Below, in pieces: positions 28,925-40,131 of a stretch of DNA of 64,000 nt. The notes beneath the pieces were generated by a model. The model had not been told where the DNA came from. It saw only the letters and a program-made list of their open reading frames with translations, and did no database searches. The first letter of the stretch is position 1; each line of letters opens with the position of its first letter. Source of the stretch: Aulosira sp. ZfuVER01. Its GTDB lineage: Bacteria > Cyanobacteriota > Cyanobacteriia > Cyanobacteriales > Nostocaceae. A program made the position numbers and the translations under genes. Location of the stretch: contig JAVRCV020000083.1 in NCBI GenBank assembly GCA_034530615.2, positions 55,978 to 119,977 of the forward strand. Direction: 5' to 3'.

Positions 28925-30370
28925 GTGACCGTTAGAGTCCGTATTGCTCCAAGTCCCACGGGAAATTTACATATTGGTACAGCCAGAACGGCTGTGTTTA
29001 ACTGGCTATTTGCCCGCCACCACGGTGGGACGTTCATTCTGCGCATTGAAGACACAGACCTAGAGCGATCGCGTCCCGAATACACAGAGAATATCCTCGA
29101 AGGGCTGCGTTGGTTGGGACTGAACTGGGATGAAGGCCCATTTTTTCAATCTCAACGCCTGGATCTCTACAAACAAGCAGTAGAAAAACTGCTAGAACAA
29201 GGATTAGCTTATCGCTGCTATACCACTTCTGAAGAACTAGAAGCTTTGCGGGAAAGCCAGAAAGCTAAAGGGGAAGCACCACGCTATGACAATCGTCACC
29301 GCAATCTCACTCCAGAACAAGAAGCCGCTTTCAAAGCTGAAGGCCGTAGCTTTGTAATTCGCTTCAAAATCGAAGATGAGCGTGAGATTGTATGGCATGA
29401 CTTAGTAAGAGGAAAAATGTCTTGGCGAGGTAGCGATCTCGGTGGTGATATGGTCATCGCCCGCGCTTCCGAAGCAGGTGTTGGTCAACCACTGTACAAC
29501 TTTGTCGTTGTGGTTGACGACATAGATATGCAAATCACCCATATCATCCGGGGAGAAGACCATATAGCCAACACAGCCAAACAAATTCTCTTATACGAAG
29601 CTTTGGGGGCGAAAATACCAGAATTTGCTCACTCACCGCTAATTTTGAACATGGAAGGGCGCAAACTCTCGAAGCGGGATGGTGTTACTTCCATTTCTGA
29701 CTTTAAAAATTTAGGCTTCACCCCCGAAGCTTTGGTTAATTACATGACTTTGTTGGGTTGGTCGCCACCAGACTCTACTCAAGAAATATTCACCTTAGAA
29801 GCCGCAGCTAAAGAATTCAGCTTTGAGCGTGTCAATAAAGCAGGTGCAAAGTTTGACTGGGCAAAATTGGATTGGTTAAACAGTCAGTACATTCACAGTA
29901 CCTCAGTAGATAAGCTGACAGATTTAGTCATACCCTATTGGGAAGAAGCAGGTTTTAAATTTGATGGCGGACGAGATCGCACTTGGTTAGAGCAACTAGT
30001 AGCTTTAATTGGCCCGAGCCTGACGCGCCTCAAAGATGCTGTAGCTCAGAGCCAACTGTTCTTTACTGATACAGTTGAATTTAGCGAAGAAGCAAGTAAA
30101 CAATTGCAGCAAGAAGGTTCTGCGGCTGCGCTCCAAGGCATTCTTACAGCTTTAGACAATCAAGAGCAATTGCCAGAAGCCACCGCGCAAGAAATTATTA
30201 AACAGGTGGTAAAAGCCCAAAATGTGAAGAAAGGGTTGGTAATGCGATCGCTCAGAGCCGCCTTAACTGGGGATGTTCATGGCCCTGACTTAATCCAATC
30301 TTGGTTACTACTTAACAAAATTGGTTTAGATCGCTCACGCTTAAGTAAAGCTATAACCGCAGGCAGTTAA
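28925..30370 (+). CDS. gltX: Glutamate--tRNA ligase
   Basis: [13 protein letters not shown] (HIGH), LRIEDTD, RGEDH, KLSKR (KMSKS); GTG start at 28925. Confidence 0.97.
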   Translation: MTVRVRIAPSPTGNLHIGTARTAVFNWLFARHHGGTFILRIEDTDLERSRPEYTENILEGLRWLGLNWDEGPFFQSQRLDLYKQAVEKLLEQGLAYRCYTTSEELEALRESQKAKGEAPRYDNRHRNLTPEQEAAFKAEGRSFVIRFKIEDEREIVWHDLVRGKMSWRGSDLGGDMVIARASEAGVGQPLYNFVVVVDDIDMQITHIIRGEDHIANTAKQILLYEALGAKIPEFAHSPLILNMEGRKLSKRDGVTSISDFKNLGFTPEALVNYMTLLGWSPPDSTQEIFTLEAAAKEFSFERVNKAGAKFDWAKLDWLNSQYIHSTSVDKLTDLVIPYWEEAGFKFDGGRDRTWLEQLVALIGPSLTRLKDAVAQSQLFFTDTVEFSEEASKQLQQEGSAAALQGILTALDNQEQLPEATAQEIIKQVVKAQNVKKGLVMRSLRAALTGDVHGPDLIQSWLLLNKIGLDRSRLSKAITAGS

Positions 30371-30394
30371 CTCCTGTCTTGGGGAATATTTTAG

Positions 30395-30430
30395 ATTAAT
30401 AGAGGCACACCTAAGTGTGCCTCTATTAAT
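30395..30430. terminator. Perfect 16-bp hairpin after gltX
   Basis: ATTAATAGAGGCACAC-ctaa-GTGTGCCTCTATTAAT. Confidence 0.65.
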
Positions 30431-30606
30431 AATTAAGAGCAGCCACAAGAATTGTGAGCCGTGGCACTAAATACAAACCCAGTTCCTGGGAAACTAAATC
30501 AACCCTTCGGCGTGCATCTTCCAAAAGTAGTTAATTATTCTATTTTTGGGAACTTGGTGTGTAAAATTCATGTCATCAACTCCACTTAGATAACCATGTA
30601 ATTAAA

Positions 30607-31101
30607 ATGCCGAAAAGAGCGCTCAATAAAGGGATAAGATTATCATTAGTGGTATTTACACTCTTCGTCACATCAATCACTCATGCCGGAGCGGATGTGC
30701 CAGCAACGCCAGCAATATTTGGAGACGCCACCATCGGCAAGAACTTTTCCCCAGATCCCTTCACTGTTCGGGGTATGAGTGGCGGCTCAGTCTCTGGGAA
30801 CCAAGTTGCGAAGAGAACGGAAACTGCCACTGGCCCATGCACGGGATTTGTTGATGAAGCACCAGACCATAAATTGGAATTAACAAATAAATTTGATTAC
30901 TTGAAGCTGCAAGTGCAAAGTCCTGAAGATACTACGCTTATAGTCAAAGGCCCTGGTGGCACATGGTGCAATGATGAGTTTGATGGTAAAAATCCAGGCA
31001 TAGTTGGTGAATGGCTTCCAGGGACTTACCAGATTTGGGTTGGTTCCTATGTTAAAGGCAAGTATTTCCCTTACACACTCCAAATTACAGAAGTTAAATG
31101 A
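30607..31101 (+). CDS. Exported hypothetical protein (PPC-like beta-sandwich)
   Basis: Signal peptide; CTGFVDEAPDH...DTTLIVKGPGGTWCNDE...GTYQIWVGS. Confidence 0.75.
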   Translation: MPKRALNKGIRLSLVVFTLFVTSITHAGADVPATPAIFGDATIGKNFSPDPFTVRGMSGGSVSGNQVAKRTETATGPCTGFVDEAPDHKLELTNKFDYLKLQVQSPEDTTLIVKGPGGTWCNDEFDGKNPGIVGEWLPGTYQIWVGSYVKGKYFPYTLQITEVK

Positions 31102-31635
31102 GATACTTGCAACCTCCAATACATCAGCCTCAGAGCTAGAATTTCAGCATCCAAAATTGGGTATCCACAATAGGATAGAGGGGTAGAGGAATGGCAATGA
31201 CTGAGAAAGCAGGCTTTATTAAAGCTTCCTCATCTTGACTTTCCCCAGCCCTCTTGTTTTTTGTGGTGCAATTTTGTATTAAAATTAAGTTAACTTTAAT
31301 TAAGATTCGTGCTGTCGTTATAGATTTGCTGTAATGACCTTAGAGCTTGTATAGCCATGCACGTAAAACATCAGATTAAACAAAATGGATTTATCAAGAT
31401 CCGTTTCCCAGCGATTCAGCAACCAAGAAAGGATGGATGATGACAAAAAAGTTTTAAATTCCAAGATTAAACGCCCTCTGGGGAGCGTAGCCAAAAGCTA
31501 GCGCCGCTAACAGGGTAAGTTAGGTTGAAAAATTTTATACTTTTTACTCCACTCTCATCTTGAAATAAACAGGGTGATTGCATCATTCGGTTGCTAAAGC
31601 TGATGAATTTTATTGGCATCTAGAGGCAGATTAAG

Positions 31636-33522
31636 ATGAAATTTTCTTGGAAAGTCCTGTTACTTTGGACATTGCCTGCTTTGGTAATTGGCTTTTTCTT
31701 TTGGCAAGGGGCATTTGCTAGCGCTCCTGCTGACATGACTAAGAATGCAGCCAATACCCGCATGACCTATGGTCGCTTTCTGGAATATTTGGACGCTAAT
31801 CGCGTCAGTAGTGTAGATCTTTATGAAGGCGGCAGAACAGCAATTGTCGAAGCCGTGGATCAAGATATCGAAAATCGCGTCCAACGGTGGCGGGTAGATC
31901 TGCCTGTTAACGCACCGGAGTTAATCAGCAAGCTTAAAGAAAAAGGCATTAGTTTTGATGCCCACCCCATGCGCAATGATGGTGCTATCTGGGGACTGCT
32001 AGGCAATCTCGTTTTTCCGATTTTATTGATTACCGGATTGTTCTTTTTGTTCCGTCGCTCTAGCAATCTTCCAGGCGGACCAGGTCAAGCAATGAACTTC
32101 GGTAAGTCAAAAGCTCGCTTTCAAATGGAAGCTAAAACCGGAGTTAAATTTGACGACGTAGCAGGTATTGAAGAAGCTAAAGAGGAACTACAAGAAGTTG
32201 TCACCTTCCTCAAACAGCCAGAAAGATTTACTGCTGTAGGCGCACGCATTCCCAAAGGGGTGCTGTTAGTTGGTCCTCCAGGAACCGGTAAAACTTTACT
32301 AGCAAAAGCGATCGCCGGTGAAGCTGGTGTACCTTTCTTCAGCATTTCCGGTTCAGAATTTGTAGAAATGTTCGTCGGTGTGGGTGCATCCCGCGTGCGC
32401 GACTTGTTCAAAAAAGCTAAAGACAACGCTCCTTGTATCATCTTTATTGATGAAATTGACGCTGTAGGTAGACAGCGGGGTGCTGGTATCGGTGGTGGTA
32501 ACGATGAGAGGGAGCAAACCCTCAACCAACTACTCACCGAAATGGATGGTTTTGAAGGTAACACAGGCATCATTATTATTGCTGCCACCAACCGTCCCGA
32601 TGTATTAGACTCAGCATTGTTGCGTCCGGGACGCTTTGACCGCCAAGTAACCGTTGATGCACCAGACATCAAAGGACGTTTGGAAATCTTACAAGTCCAC
32701 GCTCGGAATAAGAAATTAGACCCCAGTGTATCCTTAGATGCGATCGCTCGTCGCACTCCTGGTTTTACAGGTGCAGATTTAGCCAACTTACTCAACGAAG
32801 CTGCTATTCTCACCGCCAGAAGACGGAAAGAAGGAATTACCCTCAGCGAAATTGATGATGCTGTAGATCGGGTAGTTGCTGGGATGGAAGGTACTCCCCT
32901 GGTTGATAGCAAGAGCAAGCGCTTGATTGCTTACCACGAAGTTGGACACGCTTTAGTGGGAACTCTGTTAAAAGACCACGATCCAGTACAAAAAGTTACC
33001 CTCATTCCTCGCGGACAAGCACAGGGTTTAACTTGGTTTACTCCCAACGAAGAACAGGGTTTGATTTCCCGTTCCCAACTGAAAGCGCGGATTACTGGTG
33101 CTTTGGGTGGACGCGCTGCGGAAGAAGTAATTTTTGGACCGGCGGAAGTTACCACTGGTGCAGGTGGCGACTTACAACAGTTGTCGGGAATGGCTAGACA
33201 AATGGTAACTAGGTTTGGGATGTCAGATTTAGGCCCCTTGTCCCTGGAAAGCCAACAGGGAGAAGTGTTCTTAGGTCGTGACTGGACAACCCGATCTGAG
33301 TATTCCGAAGCGATCGCATCTCGGATTGATGGTCAAGTGAGAGCTATTGTAGAAGACTGCTACGAAACAGCCAAGAAGATGATTCGTGAAAATCGTAGTG
33401 TCACAGATCGTTTAGTCGATTTGCTCATCGAGAAAGAAACCATTGACGGCACAGAATTTCGTCAGATTGTGGCTGAGTACACAAACGTACCTGAGAAACC
33501 TCAGTATGTACCACAGCTATAA
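31636..33522 (+). CDS. ftsH: ATP-dependent zinc metalloprotease FtsH (FtsH2-type)
   Basis: Two TM helices, [11 protein letters not shown], Walker A GPPGTGKT, Walker [17 protein letters not shown] zinc motif. Confidence 0.97.
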   Translation: MKFSWKVLLLWTLPALVIGFFFWQGAFASAPADMTKNAANTRMTYGRFLEYLDANRVSSVDLYEGGRTAIVEAVDQDIENRVQRWRVDLPVNAPELISKLKEKGISFDAHPMRNDGAIWGLLGNLVFPILLITGLFFLFRRSSNLPGGPGQAMNFGKSKARFQMEAKTGVKFDDVAGIEEAKEELQEVVTFLKQPERFTAVGARIPKGVLLVGPPGTGKTLLAKAIAGEAGVPFFSISGSEFVEMFVGVGASRVRDLFKKAKDNAPCIIFIDEIDAVGRQRGAGIGGGNDEREQTLNQLLTEMDGFEGNTGIIIIAATNRPDVLDSALLRPGRFDRQVTVDAPDIKGRLEILQVHARNKKLDPSVSLDAIARRTPGFTGADLANLLNEAAILTARRRKEGITLSEIDDAVDRVVAGMEGTPLVDSKSKRLIAYHEVGHALVGTLLKDHDPVQKVTLIPRGQAQGLTWFTPNEEQGLISRSQLKARITGALGGRAAEEVIFGPAEVTTGAGGDLQQLSGMARQMVTRFGMSDLGPLSLESQQGEVFLGRDWTTRSEYSEAIASRIDGQVRAIVEDCYETAKKMIRENRSVTDRLVDLLIEKETIDGTEFRQIVAEYTNVPEKPQYVPQL

Positions 33523-33542
33523 TTAGTGATTTAAAATTCCGC

Positions 33543-33580
33543 AAATGGGTATGGTTAGCTAACCATGCCCATTTTTATTT
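33543..33580 (+). terminator. Intrinsic terminator of ftsH
   Basis: AAATGGGTATGGTTA-gc-TAACCATGCCCATTT followed by a T tract. Confidence 0.75.
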
Positions 33581-33694
33581 ATCTTGTAGGTAATCCACAA
33601 AGTTTGATTTGTGTAGTTGCGACTTCATTAGTTCAGGATTCAATTCCACTAAAATCAAAGCAGAAACGATATGCTAAAAAACCTTTAACAACAA

Positions 33695-34087
33695 ATGTCC
33701 GCCAAAAAATTAGAGGCTTTAATCAGCAAAACTGTAAAGAAGGTAATCAAAAAAGAAATAGGTAAACTAAAAGAGAATAATTTACCGATTGTCTCAAACC
33801 AGAAGCATTACCCATTAGACAATTTTGTAGAAAATGTTGCCGCCTGGGAAGACAAAGGCGCTACAGAAGAAATTATTGATGATATATATACCAGTCGTTA
33901 CGTCAGTTTACCTTCAAAAGAAGACGCAGAACTTGAGCGTAAGTTGCGAGAACTAAAATTTAAACAAGAACTTAGGAAAGATTGGATATCATTTCTTTTG
34001 AGAGAAGTAATAGTATATTCTGCTACTGTGATTTTTATATTTACTGTTACTGGTTTTTATCTATTCACTCTGATTACTAAGTATTAA
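33695..34087 (+). CDS. Hypothetical protein with a C-terminal membrane helix
   Basis: 130-aa ORF; charged N-terminus; WEDKGATEEIIDDIYTSR motif; hydrophobic C-terminus. Confidence 0.6.
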   Translation: MSAKKLEALISKTVKKVIKKEIGKLKENNLPIVSNQKHYPLDNFVENVAAWEDKGATEEIIDDIYTSRYVSLPSKEDAELERKLRELKFKQELRKDWISFLLREVIVYSATVIFIFTVTGFYLFTLITKY

Positions 34088-34655
34088 TTGGTGTGTATTG
34101 CCATTATTAGCGTTATATTTATTGTAAGTAATCAATCATGAAAGATGATTATCCTATGAAATCAAAGTTGCCATTAAGGGTTTCAAAGTAGGTTAATACC
34201 AGAATTAGATATCAATTTATTAGTACGTTGTGTTTTAATGCCTTCAATAATTGAAGCTAGGACAGAGTTTATCCAAGGAATTCGGCAGTAGTTTAGCCAT
34301 TCTCATATCTCTGTGCCTCTGTAGTTAGATAAATTACTTTTGAACCGCAGAGAGAAAAACAGATTTTATTTGGTGATCGTGCGATCGCGCTTCAGCAACG
34401 TCAAGGATGCTCGCACTGCAAGCAGTCTCATCCACAACATTAATATAAGTATTTTTTCGTAACTATTTTTACAGGCGACGAAGCAAACTTGCTGAAAGTA
34501 GACTCTTGTGTATATCCAGGAAAACTTTACTGGATATAACGGCTACTTTGATGGGTAACTCTGCAAACAAGTATCATGCTTGCTTTGCTTCATGGCAATT
34601 TTCCTGTCAGGGTGTTGAATTTCTCCATTCGCAAGTTTGATGGAACTTTAGAAAT

Positions 34656-35246
34656 ATGATCGGGCTTTTAATATTTTTGGTTGTTGTAATTGCCACCGTA
34701 GTTGTCATTATCATTAGTAGCTACAACGATTTAGTCAAGTTTCGCAATCGCTACAAAAATGCTTACTCCCAAATTGATGTGCAATTACAGCGTCGCTATG
34801 ACTTAATTCCCAATTTAGTGGAAACTGCTAAAGGTTACATGAAACATGAACGGGAAACCCTGGAAGCAGTGATTGCAGCCCGGAATTCTGCGGTGAATGC
34901 TAGCAGCCGTGCTGTGCAAAACCCTGGCGATCCGCAAACGATGCAGCAGTTGGGTAATGCGGAAGCAGCGCTGACGGGTGCGTTAAGCCGCTTGATGGTA
35001 CTTTCGGAAGCGTACCCTGAACTCAAAGCCGATCGCTCAATGAGTCAGGTGATGGAGGAACTATCTTCTACAGAAAACCGGATTGCTTTTGCACGTCAGG
35101 CTTTTAATGATGCTGTGACACTCTACAACACTAAAAGCGAGTCTTTTCCCAGCAACTTAGTGGCACGTAGTTTTAACTTTACTAATGCTGAGTTGCTGCA
35201 AGAAGCCACACCAGAAATGAAAACTGCTCCCCGCGTGTCTTTTTAG
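34656..35246 (+). CDS. lemA: LemA family protein
   Basis: N-terminal TM; YNDLV, SQIDVQLQRRYDLIPNLVETAKGY, EAYPELKA, ENRIAFARQAFN. Confidence 0.93.
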   Translation: MIGLLIFLVVVIATVVVIIISSYNDLVKFRNRYKNAYSQIDVQLQRRYDLIPNLVETAKGYMKHERETLEAVIAARNSAVNASSRAVQNPGDPQTMQQLGNAEAALTGALSRLMVLSEAYPELKADRSMSQVMEELSSTENRIAFARQAFNDAVTLYNTKSESFPSNLVARSFNFTNAELLQEATPEMKTAPRVSF

Positions 35247-35252
35247 GTGTCT

Positions 35253-37172
35253 ATGAATTTCTTTGAACATCAGGATAAAGCACGCCAAAACACGCAACAA
35301 TTAATCGGGTTATTTGCCCTGTCGATCGCAGTTATGGTTGTGGCGATTTATATTGCTGCGTTATTTCTGTTTCGCATGGCTCCCCGGGTTTGGTGGCATT
35401 CAGGATTATTTCTGTCCGTGGCTGGTGTCACCATTATTGCGATCGCTCTCGCAAGTTTGTATAAAATTTTATATCTGCGGGAGGGAGGCAGTATTATTGC
35501 CCAGGAGTTGGGAGGACGGCTCCTGCTACCAGAAATGGCAGATGAACAAGGGCGACAACTGTTAAATATTGTCGAGGAAATGGCGATCGCTTCGGGTATT
35601 TCTGTACCAGAAGTCTATCTCCTAGAATCAGAACACGGTATTAATGCTTTCGCTGCTGGGTTTTCACCTAACGATGCTGTAATTGGAGTTACCCGTGGTA
35701 GTTTACAACATCTGAACCGAGATGAATTACAAGGGGTAATCGGTCATGAATTCAGTCACATTCTCAATGGAGATATGCGGCTGAATTTGCGTTTGATGGG
35801 ACTGCTACACGGGATTTTATTTATTTACTTAGCCGGGGAATTGCTGTGGCGCTGGCGCGTTCGCAGTAGCTCTAGCGAAGATAAAGGTTTGCCTCTGTGG
35901 GCATTTGGTTTAGCACTGATGGCAATTGGCGGTATCGGATTACTCTGCGGTCGCCTAATTAAAGCCGCAGTCTCTCGTCAAAGAGAATTTCTAGCTGATG
36001 CTTCGGCGGTACAATTTACTCGCAACCCCGATGGCATGACTGGAGTACTGCAAAAACTCCAACAGATGGATTCACGCTTGATTACACCAGGTGCAGAAGC
36101 CGCCAGCCATATGTTCTTTGGCAATGCTCTCAAACCTTCCTTTTGGGAAGATATGTTTGCTACTCACCCACCCCTTGCAGAACGTATCCGCCGTGTTGGG
36201 GGTTTAAATGCTCGCGATTTAGCTGCAATGCCATTGCCTATGCGTAATCAGCCGCACTCTCAGGATGGGTTAGCAATGGGTTTTGCTGGTGGTGGAAATA
36301 CTACAGCATTTACGCCAGAACAAATAGTCAAGCAGGTGGGAAGCGTTGCACCAGAGAATTTTGCCCATGCTCAAGCGTTGTTGGCACAGTTACCAGAAAC
36401 TCTACGCTTGGGTGTGCGAGAACAGCAAAGTGCAACAGCGATCGCTTTTGCGCTAGCTTTAGATACAGAAAATCCCCAGGTGCAAGAACGCCAAATCGCT
36501 TGGTTAACACAAGTGCAGCCTGCTGAGTTGGTAGAGAAAACCCTGGAATTTAGTAGGGAAGTCAGCCAATTAGATCCCAACCTGCGCCTACCTCTTGTCG
36601 ATTTGACAGTACCTGCATTACGGCAAACTTCCGCTAAAGAATGTCAAAGGTTGTGCAAATGCGTCCAAGGTTTAGTGACAGCTAGAGGAAGTTTATCTCT
36701 GTGGGATTTTGTGTTGCAACTAGTACTGTGGTATCGACTCCAGCCTTGTATCAATCCCACGTCAACCACAACAGTAGAATTCACCTCTATAGAACAGATT
36801 TGGCCAGATAGCATATTAGTGCTGTCAGCACTAGCACGAGTGGGACAATCTCAACCTGATGAAATCGCTTATGCTTTCCGTTCTGGTGTTTTTCGACTTC
36901 CGGGAGCCGGACAGCAAGAAAAACCAGATGCGCCTGTTGCTTGTAACTTTGCCGATATCAAGAAAAGTATTGAGCGCCTCCGGCTTGCTAGTCCTAAACT
37001 TAAGCAAGTTCTTGTTGATGCCTGCGCTCACACTGTACTCCTAGATAACAAAGTTACTCCATCAGAGGCAGATTTGCTGAGAGCGATCGCTATGACGCTA
37101 GATTGTCCCATACCCCCATTTTTAAATTCCCAACGAGGTTTTCCCAAATCTAAACAATCTTCTGCAAAATGA
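35253..37172 (+). CDS. M48 (HtpX-like) membrane zinc metallopeptidase with a long C-terminal extension
   Basis: NIVEEMAIASG, NAFAAG, HEFSH (HExxH), SRQREFLADA, THPPLAERI; 6 nt after lemA. Confidence 0.9.
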   Translation: MNFFEHQDKARQNTQQLIGLFALSIAVMVVAIYIAALFLFRMAPRVWWHSGLFLSVAGVTIIAIALASLYKILYLREGGSIIAQELGGRLLLPEMADEQGRQLLNIVEEMAIASGISVPEVYLLESEHGINAFAAGFSPNDAVIGVTRGSLQHLNRDELQGVIGHEFSHILNGDMRLNLRLMGLLHGILFIYLAGELLWRWRVRSSSSEDKGLPLWAFGLALMAIGGIGLLCGRLIKAAVSRQREFLADASAVQFTRNPDGMTGVLQKLQQMDSRLITPGAEAASHMFFGNALKPSFWEDMFATHPPLAERIRRVGGLNARDLAAMPLPMRNQPHSQDGLAMGFAGGGNTTAFTPEQIVKQVGSVAPENFAHAQALLAQLPETLRLGVREQQSATAIAFALALDTENPQVQERQIAWLTQVQPAELVEKTLEFSREVSQLDPNLRLPLVDLTVPALRQTSAKECQRLCKCVQGLVTARGSLSLWDFVLQLVLWYRLQPCINPTSTTTVEFTSIEQIWPDSILVLSALARVGQSQPDEIAYAFRSGVFRLPGAGQQEKPDAPVACNFADIKKSIERLRLASPKLKQVLVDACAHTVLLDNKVTPSEADLLRAIAMTLDCPIPPFLNSQRGFPKSKQSSAK

Positions 37173-37180
37173 AGAATATA

Positions 37181-37210
37181 TGTAGAGACTGTATATGTAA
37201 CGTCTCTACA
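37181..37210. repeat. REP-like palindrome
   Basis: TGTAGAGAC...GTCTCTACA, directly after the M48 stop. Confidence 0.6.
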
Positions 37211-37382
37211 TGGTTTTGGGTTTGACGCTTGTTCATCGGTGAGACGTTAAGATAAAGTAAGTTTCGTCAATCAGTCAAAATACTTTTACAATTAAAAAAG
37301 AGAGCTTCTGATACTGCGAATATCCTTAGCTCCCAAAAATCAATACACTTGATGTAAAGCTCTGTTGTAAATCAGCAGAGCT

Positions 37383-37553
37383 TTACTTTTTATCATCCTT
37401 ATCATCGTGATGTGTAGCTAGAGTAGCTAATACTTGTACCGCACCAGGAATAATCATTCTTGATTCATCCTCAAGATTTGGCGTAAATAAAGCCACAATA
37501 CTAGCTACTAAAACCATTGTTACTACAAACAAAGCGTAATTGATTCTGTTCAT
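37383..37553 (-). CDS. Small membrane protein (56 aa), absent from the ORF track
   Basis: MNRINYALFVVTMVLVASIVALFTPNLEDESRMIIPGAVQVLATLATHHDDKDDKK*; TM helix and charged tail; hairpin at about 37358-37382 just downstream. Confidence 0.5.
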   Translation of the reverse strand: MNRINYALFVVTMVLVASIVALFTPNLEDESRMIIPGAVQVLATLATHHDDKDDKK

Positions 37554-37860
37554 TTTTTTAATATTGAACTACAAAATAATATTAACGATTCTTGCTATAA
37601 AATAGAAATTTTTATGAGAGTAAATATCAAATTTTTACATTACAATATAAATACTTTACAATTTCTTTATATATTTGCTATAATACAGCATACAATCTAA
37701 ACATTTTTATCAAAAAACGCTGTAAAGCCTGATATACAAGTACTATTGACGACTTTAACACATATAAAAATATAGATTTTTAAATAGTTAAGATTAATTT
37801 GAAATAACTAAAATAGATGTTTTTGAAAAAATTGGCGACATTAAATATATGTATGAGTAA

Positions 37861-37976
37861 TTTCAAAAAAAATGTGAGATATAAACTGGTTTACAAAGAC
37901 CCTTAAAAAAAGTGACTTTTCAAAAAAGTTGGTGAGATATAAACTGGTTTAGAAGGATACTTGAAAAAGTGACTAT
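37861..37976. repeat. Two-copy 58-bp direct repeat
   Basis: GTGAGATATAAACTGGTTTA identical at 37874 and 37932; each copy followed by AAAAAGTGACT. Confidence 0.8.
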
Positions 37977-38470
37977 TTAACTAAATTAGTCTAGTTTGAC
38001 TTATATTAGTCAAGCATGGGTTATGAAATTATTTCAAACTAGTCAAAAAGCATAGAAAGGTCACTTGTAAGAGTTTGATGGATAAAATAGTATATTTGTC
38101 AAGATTTTCGATAAAAATTTTTCCTTAGTTCAACCCACATCCCTTGGTAGGTGAGATAAGCAGAGGCATAATTTCATACTTTATCCTTCACCTGCCTCTT
38201 GAATTTTGACTACCCTAACGAAAGGATGTGCAATTCCAATGGGTAACAGCCGATCAAAATTTTTTATATCAAAACAATTTGCTGGGAACTGTATCCGGGT
38301 AAGCTTCCGTCATAGGCGGAAGTATAAGTTAATCGTGAGGAGTGGTGAGTGATGAGTTATTAACTCGAAACTCCCCAAAATATCTGTGCCTGCTCCCGTA
38401 TACTTCCCCTTCTCATTCTGGTATAAGGTGGTTAACAATGGGTTGAATGTTTTTGAAATAATTCAACTTT

Positions 38471-38725
38471 ATGCCTAGAACTCCGAATGAATACGCAGTA
38501 CACCTTCTACTAGAAAGTGGCCATCGCGAAGAAGTACGTTTTCCTACTATTCAAGAGTTTCAGAAGTGGTATAGCGGCGAACTTGTGCCAAAGTCTGCTT
38601 CTAATGACTTTATTAGCGTGCCGATCAAGAATATTCAAGGGGAGTATATGGTAGTACGCCCATCTCGCATTGTCGCAATCCGGGTAGAACCAATTTTTAG
38701 CTCTAGTGTTGAAAGATACGATTAA
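38471..38725 (+). CDS. Conserved small cyanobacterial hypothetical protein
   Basis: 84 aa, MPRTPNEYAVHLLLESGHREEVRF...; 3 nt upstream of mltA. Confidence 0.75.
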   Translation: MPRTPNEYAVHLLLESGHREEVRFPTIQEFQKWYSGELVPKSASNDFISVPIKNIQGEYMVVRPSRIVAIRVEPIFSSSVERYD

Positions 38726-38728
38726 ATA

Positions 38729-39982
38729 ATGAGAAAAACCCTTGCCTTGCTTTCCTTAAGTCTAGGAATTGCCTTTGTAAATACACTCTGGTCAGCTGTT
38801 GCTCAGGTTCCTGATTTACCACCCCCAGTACAGACTAATCCTGGGATACCTATACTAGTACCGCCAAATGCTCCTGAGGTACAGCCACCTCTCAAAATTA
38901 CTGACTTAGGAAACTGTACCCCTAGCTATGCTTGTTTGGGTTGGGATGAGCAAATTTGGGGTAGCAAGGGTAAACGCGGCGATCGCCAAGCGCTTTTAGC
39001 AGCAATTGATAACAGCCTACGTTATCTGGAAAAGGATAAGGCGATCGCTGCTTATCAACAATATCCAATTAAGGAAATTACGCTGGATCGAGTACGTCGG
39101 AGTTTGGTACGCTTCCGCCAGTTGGTGGTCAAATCTAAATCCCCAGCCCAACTACAAGCTGCTGTCCGCAAAGAGTTTGTGTTTTACCAATCCGTAGGTA
39201 ACGACGGCAACGGTACTGTTAAGTTTACCTCTTACTACGAGCCTGTTTATCTAGCTAGCCGTGTACGAACTTCAGAATATAAGTATCCCCTTTATCGGCT
39301 ACCAGCAGATTTCGACCAATGGGCTAAACCCCACCCAAAACGCATTGATTTGGAAGGTCAAGATGGGTTGCTGGGGGATAAAAGCCAGTTGCACGGTTTA
39401 GAGATGTTGTGGTTTCGCGATCGCCTAGACGCATACATGATCCATATCCAAGGTTCTGCCCAAATTCAGTTAACTGATGGTAAAAAAACCTCTGTTGCTT
39501 ATGCAGGTGGCACTGATTATCCTTGGACTAGTATCGGAAAAGAACTGGCGAAAGATGGCAAACTTCCACTAGAGGGATTAACACTACCAAAGTTGGTTAG
39601 TTACTTTAAGCAATCTCCGCAGGAGTTGAATAATTATTTACCTCGCTGGGAGCGCTTTGTCTTCTTCAAAGAAACAAGTGGTACACCAGCTACAGGTAGT
39701 ATTAATGTGCCAGTTACACCAGAGCGTTCCATTGCCACCGATAAATCTCTCATGCCTCCAGGCGCTCTAGCGTTAGTTTATACTGCTATTCCCTATCCCA
39801 ATACTGTTGGTAATCTAGAGTTTCGTAATGTTAGCCGCTTTGTACTAGATCAAGACACAGGTAGCGCCATCAAAGGCCCAGGTAGGGTAGATTATTTTAT
39901 GGGAACCGGCAAATTAGCAGGCGATCGCGCTGGTATTACCGGCGGTAATGGTTCACTATATTATTTACTGCTCAAAGAATAG
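38729..39982 (+). CDS. mltA: Membrane-bound lytic murein transglycosylase A (MltA + 3D domain)
   Basis: FTSYYEP, HIQGSA, RFVFF, SIATDK, DQDTGSAIKGPGRVDYFMGTG. Confidence 0.92.
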   Translation: MRKTLALLSLSLGIAFVNTLWSAVAQVPDLPPPVQTNPGIPILVPPNAPEVQPPLKITDLGNCTPSYACLGWDEQIWGSKGKRGDRQALLAAIDNSLRYLEKDKAIAAYQQYPIKEITLDRVRRSLVRFRQLVVKSKSPAQLQAAVRKEFVFYQSVGNDGNGTVKFTSYYEPVYLASRVRTSEYKYPLYRLPADFDQWAKPHPKRIDLEGQDGLLGDKSQLHGLEMLWFRDRLDAYMIHIQGSAQIQLTDGKKTSVAYAGGTDYPWTSIGKELAKDGKLPLEGLTLPKLVSYFKQSPQELNNYLPRWERFVFFKETSGTPATGSINVPVTPERSIATDKSLMPPGALALVYTAIPYPNTVGNLEFRNVSRFVLDQDTGSAIKGPGRVDYFMGTGKLAGDRAGITGGNGSLYYLLLKE

Positions 39983-39989
39983 ATATTGA

Positions 39990-40130
39990 GCATGAGGCAT
40001 GGGGCATTTCTTCCCCTGCTTCCCGTGCTTCCCCTGCTTCCCACACTCCCTTGTCCCCCCTTCGGGTTCGCCAGTCGCCTGCGGAGGGAAACCCTCCCGC
40101 AGCGCTGGTCTCACCTTGTCCGCCTTGTCC
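39990..40130. repeat. Pyrimidine-rich short tandem repeats flanking an SDR-like hairpin
   Basis: CTTCCCCTG-like units; GCCAGTCGCCTGCGGAGGG-aaa-CCCTCCCGCAGCGCTGG. Confidence 0.65.
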
Positions 40131-40131
40131 C

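Noticed and set aside
32121..32918. 265-aa minus-strand ORF
   Set aside because: Antisense shadow of the highly conserved ftsH
37861..37976. Possible mini-CRISPR (20-nt repeat, 38-nt spacer)
   Set aside because: Only two copies, the intervening sequences resemble each other, and no cas genes are present; this is a tandem duplication
38300..38340. CGGAAGTA hairpin resembling part of the glutamine (glnA) riboswitch
   Set aside because: The flanking CGTT/AACG P1 strands and second stem are absent, and the downstream gene is unrelated
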